From NCBI GenBank assembly GCA_016712025.1, contig JADJRW010000024.1, positions 29,753 to 93,752 of the forward strand: a stretch of DNA of 64,000 nt, given 5' to 3'. This document shows positions 1-9,587 of this stretch, piece by piece. Position 1 is the stretch's first letter; every line of letters starts with the position of its first letter. The DNA is from Flavobacteriales bacterium. GTDB taxonomy: Bacteria; Bacteroidota; Bacteroidia; Flavobacteriales_F; PHOS-HE28. The notes under the pieces are model-generated. The model searched no databases and was not told the DNA's origin. It saw nothing but the letters and a program-made list of their open reading frames with translations. The position numbers and the translations under genes were made by a program.

Positions 1-1
1 G

Positions 2-2170
2 ATGGGCCAGTTCATGAAGTGGATGCCCATCACCTTCATGGTCGCCCTCAGCTCTTCGCTCTTCGTCGCGCTCGTGGTGAACCCCGCCCTTAGCACCCAG
101 TTCATGAAAGTGGAACGAGAGAACCCGAACGCCCGCAAGGTGTATCGCCTCGCAGGGATCCTCGCGGTGATAGGCACCTTGATCGCGGTGCTCGGGTATT
201 CCGCAGGAAGTGGCTTCATTACCTCCATTGGCACGCTCACGGTGCTCGCTGGTATCCTGGGTATCCTCAATCTGAAGGTGGCCGTGCCCGGCACGCGCTG
301 GTTCCAGGACAAGTTCCTGCCACGCCTCGAAGCGCGGTACGAACGCTTCCTGCGCTATGCACTGGCCAAGCACCACCCCCGCACCTTCTTTTTCGGCACC
401 ATTGGTCTGCTCTTCTTGGCGTTCATCCTTTTGGCCGTGATCCCGCCCAAGGTGGAGTTCTTCCCGATCAACGAGCCCAAGTATGTGAACGTGTTCGTGG
501 AAGCACCGATCGGTACGGATATCGAAAAGACCGACATGATCACGCGACGCTTGGAATCGCAGGTGGAACGGATCGTCAACGTGCCACCCTACACCGAGCT
601 GAAGGAAACCCGCCTGCCCGACGGCACGGTGCGGCAGGACACGGTGAACTGGCTGATCAATTCCATGATCACCCAGGTGGGAAATGGTACCAGCGATCCC
701 GCACAAGGTGTGAGCCTCGCCACCACCCCGAACAAAGGCCGCATACAACTCAACTTCGTGAAGTACGCCGATCGCCGTGGGCTGAAGACCAACGATGTAC
801 TGCTGAAATTGCAGAAGGAGCTCACTGGCTACCCCGGTGTGATCGTGAGCGTGGACAAGGACGCCGCCGGTCCGCCCACGGGCAAGCCCATCAATATCGA
901 GATCACCGGTGACGAGATCGAACCTTTGCTCGCCGAGGCCGATCGCCTCAAGTCCTTCATGGAGAGCAAGAACGTGCCGGGTGTGGAAGCCTTGCGCGTG
1001 GACATCGACCGCGCCAAGCCGGAGATGCCGATCATCATCGATCGCGCGAAGGCGCGCCGCCTCAACCTGAGCACCTACGCCGTGGCCGATGCCATCCGCA
1101 GTGCGCTCTTCGGCAAGGAGGTGAGCACCTACCGCGTGGAAGGGGATGATGATGACTACAAGATCATGGTGCGTCTGCAGGATGATCAACGGTACGATGT
1201 AGGTACCATCATGGACATGAAGATCACCTTCCGCGACATGCTGAACGGCCAGATCCGCCAGGTGCCGATCAGCGCGGTGGCCACCGATGAACTGAGCTCC
1301 ACCTTCAGCGCCATCAAACGCACCGACCTGAAGCGCGTGGTGACGGTGAGCAGCAATGTGATCGCCGGGTACAACGCCAACGAGGTGATCGCCGAAATGA
1401 AGGACGGCTTGACGGGGTATGAAAGGGATGAACGCTTCGGCATGGTCTTCACCGGCCAGCAGGAGGACCAAGCCAAGGAAATGGCGTTCCTGGGCAAGGC
1501 GTTCCTGATCGCCATGTTCATCGTGTTCCTCATCATCGTGTGGCAGTTCAACAGCATCAGCTGGCCGTTGGTGATCCTCAGCACCGTGGTGTTCAGCACG
1601 ATCGGGGTGTTCCTCGGCCTGATCATTTTCCGCCAGGATTTCATCATCCTCATGTCCATGCTGGGCATCATTTCACTGATCGGTGTGGTGGTGAACAATG
1701 CCATCGTACTCATGGACTTCGCCAAGCTGCTCTTCGAGCGGAAGCGTGAGAAGTTGGGCCTGGACGAAACCGCCGAACTGCCCGTGGCCGACACGCGTGA
1801 AGCGCTCATCGTTGCGGGCAAGACCCGTCTGCGCCCTGTGCTGCTCACCGCCGTTACCGCCGTGCTGGGCCTATTACCTCTTGCCGTGGGCTTCAACCTC
1901 AACTTCGGCACGCTCTTCAGCCACCTCGACCCCCACATCCATATCGGCGGCGATAATGTGATCTTCTGGGGCCCCCTTAGCTGGGCGGTGATCTACGGGC
2001 TCATCTTCGCCACCTTCCTCACGCTTATCCTCGTGCCGGTGATGTTGCTGATCATCGCCAAGATCAAGCATCGCAGGGCTTGGAAGCGATCGGTGCGTGT
2101 GGCGGCGGAGACCAAGTTGGAACTGACCCCACGCGGCAATACCGTTCGGCCGGGACGTGCCATGGGTTGA
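2..2170 (+). CDS. Efflux RND transporter permease subunit (AcrB/HAE1-like); 5' end lies outside the window
   Basis: 722-aa ORF open at the window edge. Hydrophobic TM clusters (FLIAMFIVFLIIVWQFNSISWPLVILSTVVFSTIGVFLGLIIF; RLRPVLLTAVTAVLGLLPLAVGF) flank a large soluble loop, as in the C-terminal half of AcrB-type pumps. TGA at 2168-2170 is followed by a hairpin terminator. Confidence 0.9.
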   Translation: MGQFMKWMPITFMVALSSSLFVALVVNPALSTQFMKVERENPNARKVYRLAGILAVIGTLIAVLGYSAGSGFITSIGTLTVLAGILGILNLKVAVPGTRWFQDKFLPRLEARYERFLRYALAKHHPRTFFFGTIGLLFLAFILLAVIPPKVEFFPINEPKYVNVFVEAPIGTDIEKTDMITRRLESQVERIVNVPPYTELKETRLPDGTVRQDTVNWLINSMITQVGNGTSDPAQGVSLATTPNKGRIQLNFVKYADRRGLKTNDVLLKLQKELTGYPGVIVSVDKDAAGPPTGKPINIEITGDEIEPLLAEADRLKSFMESKNVPGVEALRVDIDRAKPEMPIIIDRAKARRLNLSTYAVADAIRSALFGKEVSTYRVEGDDDDYKIMVRLQDDQRYDVGTIMDMKITFRDMLNGQIRQVPISAVATDELSSTFSAIKRTDLKRVVTVSSNVIAGYNANEVIAEMKDGLTGYERDERFGMVFTGQQEDQAKEMAFLGKAFLIAMFIVFLIIVWQFNSISWPLVILSTVVFSTIGVFLGLIIFRQDFIILMSMLGIISLIGVVVNNAIVLMDFAKLLFERKREKLGLDETAELPVADTREALIVAGKTRLRPVLLTAVTAVLGLLPLAVGFNLNFGTLFSHLDPHIHIGGDNVIFWGPLSWAVIYGLIFATFLTLILVPVMLLIIAKIKHRRAWKRSVRVAAETKLELTPRGNTVRPGRAMG

Positions 2171-2192
2171 ACCGGTGGATCCTTGTTCCTGG

Positions 2193-2226
2193 ATGCCGCT
2201 CTGTTCCGCAGGGCGGCATTCTTTTT
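2193..2226 (+). terminator. Rho-independent terminator candidate downstream of the RND gene
   Basis: ATGCCGCTCTG / CAGGGCGGCAT stem (about 11 bp including one G-U pair), 5-nt loop TTCCG, then TCTTTTT tract. Confidence 0.55.
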
Positions 2227-2281
2227 CCTCGTTGTTCCTCCTTGCGCCCCCCATTCCCCGATCCCCACTACTTTTCGCCAC

Positions 2282-2773
2282 ATGGACAACCTGTTGGAAA
2301 GGGCTGTGCGGCTGGCGGCCAAGGTGCATAAGGGCCAGGTGGACCGCTTCGAGCAACCCTACCTCCTGCATGTGCTGCGCGTTACCACCCGCGGGCGCGA
2401 TCTGGAAGAGCAACTCCTCGGAGCCTTGCATGATGTGCTCGAACGCTCCGACCTCACCATGGAGGATCTGCGCGAAAAAGGCTTTCCCGAAGAGGTGCTC
2501 ACCGCGCTGAAGCATATTACCCGTGTCGCGAACGAGAGCTACGAAGCGTACATCGAACGTGTGGCGCAGAACAGCCTCGCCGTGCGGGTGAAGGTGCATG
2601 ACCTGAGCGATAAGATGGATCTGCGCAACGTGGGCCAATTGAACGAGGCCGACCTGAAACGCTACAACAAACAGATGGCGGCCTTCGAACGATTGAAGCG
2701 GCTGGAGTCCATTGTGCGTGCGCAACTCACATTGCAAGCCAAGCCTCCCAAAGTCGTCGCCAAGCAGAAGTGA
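2282..2773 (+). CDS. Small HD-domain hydrolase, RelA/SpoT-type HD (small alarmone hydrolase-like)
   Basis: ATG at 2282 lies downstream of the terminator, and the TTG-initiated extension from 2183 overlaps that terminator. AVRLAAKVHKGQVDRFEQPYLLHVLRV ... ALHDVLERSD ... VKVHDLSDKMDL gives the H...HD...D spacing of SpoT-like HD domains. 163 aa, no synthetase domain. Confidence 0.7.
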   Translation: MDNLLERAVRLAAKVHKGQVDRFEQPYLLHVLRVTTRGRDLEEQLLGALHDVLERSDLTMEDLREKGFPEEVLTALKHITRVANESYEAYIERVAQNSLAVRVKVHDLSDKMDLRNVGQLNEADLKRYNKQMAAFERLKRLESIVRAQLTLQAKPPKVVAKQK

Positions 2774-2822
2774 TCGGCTGCGAGCACCCACCTGTGCTCT
2801 TTCCCGAACCACGCCTTCCCGG

Positions 2823-3659
2823 ATGCGTTCAGTTCTCCTCTCCACCTGTGCTTCGGCGTTCGTGCTGTGCGTGGTTCCCGGTCCATGCTCCGCACAGCGC
2901 ACAGCGGATAGCTCGGTTTACCGCTTGCGCCCATGGGTGGACGGATCTCTGATCGTGGGGTCCGCAGGGCTCATGTTCGCTGGTGCTCGAATACAAGCCG
3001 CGCAGCAGCCATTGGAGGAGACCTTCGTGCTGGCTTTGGATCGGACTTCCATCAACGGTTTCGATCGCTGGGCCACGGATATCGATCTGGAAGGACGCGG
3101 GTCCGCGCGTGCCCGTTCCGATATCCTGCTCTGGACCTCTGCCTGCGCACCCTTCGCACTGCTCTTGGACCATCATGTTCGCGGGGAGTGGAAGCATGTG
3201 CTGCCTCTCTATGCAGAAGCCATGTTCGCGACCAACACGGTACAATCCTGGACCGCGATCGGCGCAGGTCGCGTGCGCCCGATCGCCTATATCGCCGAGG
3301 CGGACATAGAGGACCGCACCGAAGCGAAGAACCGACTTTCCTTCTTCAGCGGGCATGCGTCGAGCACCGCATGCGCCTCCTTCTTCATGGCCCAAGTGCT
3401 TGCCGATATGCACCCCGAGCTGGGTGGTTGGCGTGCGCTGCTCTATGCCGCTGCGCTGGTGCCTCCCGGGTTCACCGGATATTACCGCATTCAAGCGGGC
3501 AAGCACTATCCCACCGATACGCTCGTGGGTATCCTCGTAGGCGGCGCAACAGGGGTGCTCGTTCCTCAATGGCACAAGCGGAAGCGGCCCAATGGGCTGA
3601 CCATCCTGCCCACCACCGTGCCGGGTGGATCGGGAGTGCGTTTGGCCCTGCAGTGGTAA
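2823..3659 (+). CDS. PAP2-family membrane phosphatase
   Basis: Signal peptide MRSVLLSTCASAFVLCVVPGPCSAQ. Acid-phosphatase motifs are present: RVRPIAY (KxxxxxxRP-like), SFFSGHAS (PSGH) and GKHYPTDTLVGILVG (SRxxxxxHxxxD-like). Several TM segments. TAA at 3657-3659. Confidence 0.85.
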   Translation: MRSVLLSTCASAFVLCVVPGPCSAQRTADSSVYRLRPWVDGSLIVGSAGLMFAGARIQAAQQPLEETFVLALDRTSINGFDRWATDIDLEGRGSARARSDILLWTSACAPFALLLDHHVRGEWKHVLPLYAEAMFATNTVQSWTAIGAGRVRPIAYIAEADIEDRTEAKNRLSFFSGHASSTACASFFMAQVLADMHPELGGWRALLYAAALVPPGFTGYYRIQAGKHYPTDTLVGILVGGATGVLVPQWHKRKRPNGLTILPTTVPGGSGVRLALQW

Positions 3660-3742
3660 TGACCTGGTCGCTGGGTGATCCACCTACTTTCGTCCGCAGC
3701 GGAATGAACGTTCCTTCTCCAGTGCTCCGCGGATCATCGGCT

Positions 3743-6700
3743 ATGCGATCGGCTTTGGCAGGTGCTATGCTCTTGCTGGCCCCGCTGTTCAGCATTGCCC
3801 AAGGAGTGCGCCCTACCGACCATGTGCTTTACCTGATCGGCGATGCGGGCGAAGCAGGGGAGGAGCACGGGGCCCCGGTGTTCCGCTTGCTGCGGGAGGT
3901 GGTCGCGGCGGACGCGGCCAAGGAGCGCACGATCCTCTTTCTGGGTGACAACCTCTATCCCGAAGGACTGCACAAAAAGGGGCACCCGCTCCGCGCGCAG
4001 GATGAGGCGAACTTGAACGCGCAGCTGGATGCGGTGCGGGATCTCGATGCGCGAGCGTTGTTCATTCCGGGGAACCATGATTGGAAGCAGGGTGGTAAGT
4101 CAGGATGGAAATATGTACAGCGCGAGGAGCGCTATATCCGTGATACGCTTGGCCGAAAAGCGTTCCTGCCGCATGGCGGGTGCCCCGGCCCCGAGGTGGT
4201 GAAGCTGGGGAACGGTACCGTGCTGGTGGTTTTGGACACGCAGTGGTGGTTGCACCGCTATCGCCGTGCGGAAGGTGAACGCGATGGGTGTGAGGTGGCC
4301 ACGGAGGCCGATCTGCTCGCCGCGCTGAAGAACGTGCTGAACGAATACCGCGACCAACGCATCATCGTGGCCGCCCATCATCCGTTCCTCTCCTACAGCA
4401 GCCATGGCGGCCACTTTCCGTTGCGCACGCATCTCTTCCCTTTCACGGAACTGAACCAGCACCTGTGGATCCCCTTGCCGGTCCTCGGCAGTATTTATCC
4501 TGCGTACCGCGCACTGCTGGGTGATGTGCAGGACGTGGCCCATGCACGCTACAATTCCTTGCGTGCGGGTGTGGAGGCCTTGCTCGAACAATTCCCGGGC
4601 AGCGTGTACGCTTCAGGCCATGAGCACATCCTCCAGTATCTGCAGCGCAATGCGGTACACCATGTGATCAGTGGTGCCGGTTCGCGCACCACCTGGATGA
4701 AGCGTAGCAAGCAGCTGGATTTCGGACGGAGTGAACGCGGTTTCGCACGCCTTGTGATCGCCAAGGACGGTGCGCTCCGGCTCGAGTTCTATACACTGGA
4801 CCACGGTGCGATGCCCGAAGCCGCCTTCAACTTGCAAGGTGTCGAACGCCCGCCCATCACCGTGGATGATAGGCCGGGAGAACCCTTGCCCGATACCATC
4901 ACCGTGGCTCCGAACACCGATCTGCACGCCAGTGCTTTCAAACGCTTCTTCTTCGGATCGCTGTTGCGTGATGTGTGGTGCGCTCCCATCACTGTCCCGG
5001 TGCTGGATCCGGATTCGGCCTTCGGCGGGCTGCGCGCAAAAGCCATGGGTGGTGGTTTCCAGACCCGATCCCTCCGCCTTGATGCCGCCGATGGACATGC
5101 CTATGTGCTGCGCTCCATCCGCAAATACCCGGGTCTTGCGCTCGCCCCCAACCTGCGCGGCACCGTGGCGGAAGATGTGGTGAGCGATGGCATTGCCGCC
5201 AGCCATCCCTATGCGGGTATCGCCATACCGCCACTCGCCGATGCGGTGCATGTGCTCCACACGAACCCGCGTCTTGTGGTGGTGCCCGACCACCCGGCGC
5301 TCGGTGCCTACCGTGGCGTCTTCAGCAATACGCTTTGCCTGCTGGAGGAACGCACCGATGGCGATTGGCGCGGTTCCGCGCAGTTCGGCGGAAGCGAACG
5401 ACTGGCAAGTTCCGGGGAGCTGATCGAAGCGTTGCGCGAAGGCCATGACGACGTGATCGATGTGCCCGCCTTGTTGCGCGCACGCCTGTTGGATATGACC
5501 ATCGGTGATTGGGACCGACACGACGATCAGTGGCGTTGGGCCACTTTCAAGCAAGGCGACCGCACCGTGTACAAGCCGATCCCCCGCGATCGCGACCAAG
5601 CATTCTTCACCCAGAACGGATTGATCCCTTCCCTCACCAACCGGCGCTGGGGGATCAGCAAGTTCCAGGCTTTCGGGCCGGACATACGCGACATCAACGG
5701 ACAGAATTTCAATGCCCGCTACCTGGATCGCGCCTACCTCACCGAGCCCGACCGTGCGCTGTGGCAAGCGATAGCGGACAGCATGCGCACGGAGCTCACC
5801 GATGCGGTGATCGAAGAGGCCATCCATCGCTTTCCTGATACCACTTTCGCTTTGGTGGGTCCGCGCCTTATCGCTGGCTTAAAGGGGCGCCGGGACAAAC
5901 TGCCGAAGATCGCCGAGCGCCACTACCGTGCGCTGGCGAAAAGAGTGAACGTGGTGGGCACCGATGAGGATGAGTTCTTCGAAGTGGTGCGCTTGCCGGA
6001 AGGCCGCACCGAGGTGAACATCTACGACCGCAAGCACGGCAAGAAAGTAGGCAAGCGTCGCTACTTCCACCGTGTGTTCGAGGCACGGGATACACGCGAG
6101 ATCCGGCTTTATGGCCTGGAGGGCCACGACGAGTACCGCGTTAAGGGCGACGTGCGCTCGGCCATCAAAGTGCGCATCATCGGCGGCATGGAGAAGGATG
6201 TGATCCAGGACAGTTCGCGTGTCAGCGGGCCCAGTAAGCGCACCATCGTGTATGAGAGCGGTGGGCTGAAGAAGGGCAACAAATTGCGTCTTGGCCCGGA
6301 GGCTCGCCTAGTGCGCAGTGCTCGCTCGGACGCGTTGGACTACGATCGGACCGAATATGTGCGCGATGTGCTCATGCCGCTTGTTTCCATTGGTCTCAAC
6401 CCGGACGATGGTCTGTTCCTTGGCGGTGGGTTCAGCTACACCAAGCAAGGCTTCAAGGTGGAACCCTACAAATGGCGCCAACGCCTGCTGGCCAGCGTGG
6501 CTTTGCGCACTGGTGCGTACCGTGTGCAATACAGCGGCCGCGTGAACAAGGCCTTCGCCGGGCTCGACGCCGGTGTGGATGCGCGCCTGCTCGCTCCGGA
6601 CTTCAACTTCAATTTCTTCGGGTTCGGTAACCGTACCACCAAACCGGAAGACGAGGAGCAGTTCCAATACCGCATCGACCTGATCGATGTGGAGCCGTTC

Positions 6701-7387
6701 CTTGCCCGAACCTTCGGCGGTTCCCAGGAGCTTCGCCTTACCGGACTCTATCGAAGCGCTTCGCAAGGCCGGTTAAGCCCTGCGCTGGCGGATCGTCCGG
6801 AGCTACGCCCGCAGCCCGATGCGGACTATGCGGGTGCCGCTTTGAGTTATCGCCTCAACAACGTGGACAATGAGGCCGATCCGGAACGCGGCATTCGCTT
6901 CCACGCGGAAGTGGACGAGCTGGTGGAGCTGCATAGTGGCAAGGAAGTGCGGGGCGTCGCCGGTGATCTGCGCTTCTACATTCCTGCACGGATCGTTCCT
7001 GCGCGTACGGTGATCGCCCTGCGCGTGGCCGCTTCCCGGCGCGATGGCGCTATCGATCCCCTGGTGGCCCGCTACCTCGGTGGGCAGAGCGATATGCGCG
7101 GTTTGCGACGCACCCGCTACAGTGGGAACAGCATGGCCGTGGGTAACTTCGAGGTGCGCCAAGACCTCTTCAATTCACGCAACCGGTTGGTGCCGTTCCG
7201 CATGGGTTTGTTGGCTTTCGCCGATGCGGGCCGTGTATGGGTGGACGGACGTGACGAGCATTTCTGGCATAGTTCTGTGGGCGGCGGACTGTTCCTCAGT
7301 CCGTTCAACATGGTGATCCTACAGGCCAGCTACGCGGTGAGCGATGACGATGCCATCGTGGACGTGCGACTTGGCTTCTTCTTCTGA
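3743..7387 (+). CDS. Metallophosphoesterase (calcineurin-like) fused to an Omp85/BamA-like outer-membrane beta-barrel
   Basis: Signal peptide MRSALAGAMLLLAPLFSIAQG. Phosphoesterase motifs LIGDAGE, FLGDNLYPEG, GNHDW, AAHHPF and SGHEH. The C-terminus is beta-rich and ends ...VDVRLGFFF (aromatic terminal residue typical of OMPs). Start is uncertain: in-frame ATGs at 3659 (TAATG overlap with the PAP2 stop), 3704 and 3743. The 2933-3658 part of the ORF overlaps the PAP2 gene and is rejected. Confidence 0.85.
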   Translation: MRSALAGAMLLLAPLFSIAQGVRPTDHVLYLIGDAGEAGEEHGAPVFRLLREVVAADAAKERTILFLGDNLYPEGLHKKGHPLRAQDEANLNAQLDAVRDLDARALFIPGNHDWKQGGKSGWKYVQREERYIRDTLGRKAFLPHGGCPGPEVVKLGNGTVLVVLDTQWWLHRYRRAEGERDGCEVATEADLLAALKNVLNEYRDQRIIVAAHHPFLSYSSHGGHFPLRTHLFPFTELNQHLWIPLPVLGSIYPAYRALLGDVQDVAHARYNSLRAGVEALLEQFPGSVYASGHEHILQYLQRNAVHHVISGAGSRTTWMKRSKQLDFGRSERGFARLVIAKDGALRLEFYTLDHGAMPEAAFNLQGVERPPITVDDRPGEPLPDTITVAPNTDLHASAFKRFFFGSLLRDVWCAPITVPVLDPDSAFGGLRAKAMGGGFQTRSLRLDAADGHAYVLRSIRKYPGLALAPNLRGTVAEDVVSDGIAASHPYAGIAIPPLADAVHVLHTNPRLVVVPDHPALGAYRGVFSNTLCLLEERTDGDWRGSAQFGGSERLASSGELIEALREGHDDVIDVPALLRARLLDMTIGDWDRHDDQWRWATFKQGDRTVYKPIPRDRDQAFFTQNGLIPSLTNRRWGISKFQAFGPDIRDINGQNFNARYLDRAYLTEPDRALWQAIADSMRTELTDAVIEEAIHRFPDTTFALVGPRLIAGLKGRRDKLPKIAERHYRALAKRVNVVGTDEDEFFEVVRLPEGRTEVNIYDRKHGKKVGKRRYFHRVFEARDTREIRLYGLEGHDEYRVKGDVRSAIKVRIIGGMEKDVIQDSSRVSGPSKRTIVYESGGLKKGNKLRLGPEARLVRSARSDALDYDRTEYVRDVLMPLVSIGLNPDDGLFLGGGFSYTKQGFKVEPYKWRQRLLASVALRTGAYRVQYSGRVNKAFAGLDAGVDARLLAPDFNFNFFGFGNRTTKPEDEEQFQYRIDLIDVEPFLARTFGGSQELRLTGLYRSASQGRLSPALADRPELRPQPDADYAGAALSYRLNNVDNEADPERGIRFHAEVDELVELHSGKEVRGVAGDLRFYIPARIVPARTVIALRVAASRRDGAIDPLVARYLGGQSDMRGLRRTRYSGNSMAVGNFEVRQDLFNSRNRLVPFRMGLLAFADAGRVWVDGRDEHFWHSSVGGGLFLSPFNMVILQASYAVSDDDAIVDVRLGFFF

Positions 7388-7395
7388 CCGGTGGC

Positions 7396-8628
7396 CTAGT
7401 GACCGGGCACACCGCTCACGGTAAGCCCTGCCAGGTAGGCTGCCCGGGCGGCGGCGGCCACGGAGAGTACCAGACCGATGGCGAAAATGCTGTAGGTGAG
7501 GTTGAGGTAGCGGTACTTCTTGTGAAGCACCTTCCCTAGGTAGTACAGGTCCTTCGTCATGGAGCCGTACAGGTAGTCGCGATCGTTCATCACCTGCTCC
7601 ATGCCCCACTTGAAGTCGGGGTACTTCATGTTGTGGAAGTTGCCGAAGAACAAAAGGTTGGCGTTGCGTTTCTCGATCTCTTCCCGCGAGGTGTTGCCTT
7701 GCGTGACTTTGGGCCGCGTGGCCAAGGTGGCCGTTACGATGGAGGCCAAGCAAGTGAAGGTGAGCAGCGCCGCAGGCAGCATCAGCAGTTGGTTGTTCTC
7801 CAGTTTCGGGGCCAGGCCGCTCAACACCACCGAGATGATGAGCGCGTTCACGCTGAGCATCATGTTCGCCTTGTTGTCCGCGATCTGGCTCAGCCGGGTG
7901 TGGTTGTTCAACGTAACGCGGAACAAGGTTTCTACACCACGCTCGGTCTCCTTCCGTTTCCGGACGTTCTCCTTCTCTGCGTGTAACGCTTCCTTATCGC
8001 TTTTTTCCGCCTGCTTCTGCTCCGACTTCTTCTCGGCGTGTTCTTCCAGCATGGCTTGCAACGCAGCGAGGTTCTTCTGCCGGGCGGTGTTCCACGACCG
8101 CTTGCCGGCTTCCGAACGGAAGGGCGTGTGTTCCATGAAGGCGACGTTCTCAACGAGCCATTCCTTCTTCTTGATCTTCACGCCGCGCAGTGCTTCGATC
8201 TCCTCGCGAAGTCGCGCCAATTGGGCCAGGTGGTCGGGTCGCGCCAAATGCACCAGGTCCGCGTCGCGGATCATCAACTCCATCGCGCCGCTCACCACCG
8301 CGTCCTTCCGGGTGGCGAGGATCAGCTCCCGCACACGGGCCTTTAGCGCGGCCGTTGCGCCCTTGCTTTCCAGGAATTCTTCCGCTAACTCGGCACTGCG
8401 TGCTTCGTGTCCATCGGCACCCAGGTGGTATGCACTATCGTGGAACCACGCGGCTAACAGCAGCGCATCGCGGTCGTCCGCACCAAGGCTCGCTGCCAGG
8501 GCGAGTTCCCCGGCCGCCTCGGCCACCTGTGCGATGTGGTCGATGTTATGATAGGTCAGGTGGGCCGGGAAGTGGCTGGCCACATGCGCCCGTATGTGGG
8601 CCTCGGCCTGTTGGATCAATTCGCTCAT
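7396..8628 (-). CDS. HD-domain protein with C-terminal PycTM-like (DUF5706, 'Pycsar effector protein' domain) membrane module
   Basis: N-terminal HD domain (YHNIDHIAQV, AAWFHDSAYH, IRDADLVHL), a charged coiled linker (EEHAEKKSEQKQAEKSDKEALHAEKENVRKRKE), then RVTLNNHTRLSQIADNKANMMLSVNALIISVVLSGL plus further TM helices and LLFFGNFHNMKYPDFKWGMEQVMNDRDYLYGSMTKDLYYLGKVLHKKYRYLNLTY. I recognise this as the DUF5706/PycTM pattern. First ATG at 8628 is 5 nt after the cyclase stop (the ORF track starts at TTG 8637). TAG stop at 7396-7398. Confidence 0.85.
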   Translation of the reverse strand: MSELIQQAEAHIRAHVASHFPAHLTYHNIDHIAQVAEAAGELALAASLGADDRDALLLAAWFHDSAYHLGADGHEARSAELAEEFLESKGATAALKARVRELILATRKDAVVSGAMELMIRDADLVHLARPDHLAQLARLREEIEALRGVKIKKKEWLVENVAFMEHTPFRSEAGKRSWNTARQKNLAALQAMLEEHAEKKSEQKQAEKSDKEALHAEKENVRKRKETERGVETLFRVTLNNHTRLSQIADNKANMMLSVNALIISVVLSGLAPKLENNQLLMLPAALLTFTCLASIVTATLATRPKVTQGNTSREEIEKRNANLLFFGNFHNMKYPDFKWGMEQVMNDRDYLYGSMTKDLYYLGKVLHKKYRYLNLTYSIFAIGLVLSVAAAARAAYLAGLTVSGVPGH

Positions 8629-8633
8629 GTGCC

Positions 8634-9587
8634 TCAAACCTCGGTAAAAGTGGACGGACGGTCATGGAGTGGCTCCATGTTTTCCGAGGATCGCTCCACC
8701 GCGTGTATCGCGACATGCTGCTGCTTGCCTTTCAATAGCACACTGCCCAGTTCGATCGTGCGCAGCGGTAGGCTTTCGGTTATGGTACACGCGGCCAGCA
8801 GGGTTTCGCTGATGATCAGTGCGCGTCCCATTTCGTTGCACATGCTCTGTATCCGTGCCGCCGTGTTGATGGTGTCGCCGTGGTAGGCGATCTCGCGCTT
8901 GATCTCGCCGATCTCCACGGCCACCACTTCGCCCAGGTGCAGGCCCGCTTTGAATTCCGGCACCCGGCCATAGGTGGCCAGGTAGTGTTCGGCACGTTGC
9001 GTGATCGCGTCGCAGATGGCGAAGTGGAAGTGCAAGCAGCGCTCTTTGTCGGGCGTGTCGTCCGCGTTCCATGTAAAGACCACCTCGTCGCCCACATATT
9101 GGTAGATCTCGGCACCGTAGGTGGGCACCGCGCTATCCACATCGTGGAAAAGATCGCGCACCATGGAACTATAGCGCTCGGGCCCCAACTCTTCGGCGTG
9201 CCGCGTGCTGGACCTCAGGTCCATGAACATGAAGATGCGCCGCTCGCGCACCGGTTTCTGGTACCGACCCAGCAACAAACTCATCAGCAAACCAGGCCCG
9301 AAGCTGCGGTTCACCTGTTTGATGAAGGAGATGAGGAAGTTGCCCGCCAAAGTGGTTGGTACGAAGGTGAGCCCCCAGCGGAAGCTCACCTCGGCGCTCA
9401 TTTCCATGCCCAAGCGCGCGAACCAATCGGCCATGAGCAGGTTGAACGCCGTTAGGGTGATCGTGGAAATAACCACGAAGGTCACCGTGTAGAGCAGCGA
9501 CTTGACCAGGATGCGCCGACCCATGGAGGCGCCGGGGCCTAAACGGCGGTCCACCCAGAGATCCCATGAACGCCAGCGCGGTGCCAT
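8634..9587 (-). CDS. Class III adenylate/guanylate-type nucleotidyl cyclase, membrane-anchored (catalytic part intact)
   Basis: Cyclase homology-domain motifs: RRIFMFMDLRSSTRHAEELG (metal Asp), YQYVGDEVVFTW (second Asp), AGLHLGEVV, YHGDTINTAARIQS (Asn/Arg transition-state pair). TM helices precede the domain. The N-terminus probably continues in another frame up to 9819. Confidence 0.85.
   Translation of the reverse strand: MAPRWRSWDLWVDRRLGPGASMGRRILVKSLLYTVTFVVISTITLTAFNLLMADWFARLGMEMSAEVSFRWGLTFVPTTLAGNFLISFIKQVNRSFGPGLLMSLLLGRYQKPVRERRIFMFMDLRSSTRHAEELGPERYSSMVRDLFHDVDSAVPTYGAEIYQYVGDEVVFTWNADDTPDKERCLHFHFAICDAITQRAEHYLATYGRVPEFKAGLHLGEVVAVEIGEIKREIAYHGDTINTAARIQSMCNEMGRALIISETLLAACTITESLPLRTIELGSVLLKGKQQHVAIHAVERSSENMEPLHDRPSTFTEV

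Noticed and set aside
2183-2281. Longer start (TTG 2183) for the small HD protein.
   Set aside because: The extension overlaps the terminator hairpin of the RND gene and translates to hydrophobic or Pro-rich text unrelated to HD domains. ATG 2282 begins the conserved helix MDNLLERAVRLAAKVH.
1874-2902. Long antisense or alternative-frame ORFs: 1874..2902-, 2829..3683-, 4613..5827-, 10435..11355+, 12296..13408-, 14942..16123-, 42217..43545-, 45046..46092-, 59084..59977-, 61595..62341- and many shorter ones.
   Set aside because: They are shadow ORFs typical of GC-rich DNA. They overlap strongly supported genes, their translations are Arg/Ala/Gly/Pro-rich low-complexity text without motifs, and they lack sensible starts or signal peptides.
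2933-3658. 5' extension of the 1484-aa ORF upstream of the metallophosphoesterase signal peptide.
   Set aside because: It overlaps the motif-supported PAP2 gene in another frame and reads as Arg/Gly-rich nonsense. Protein-like sequence starts only at 3659-3743.
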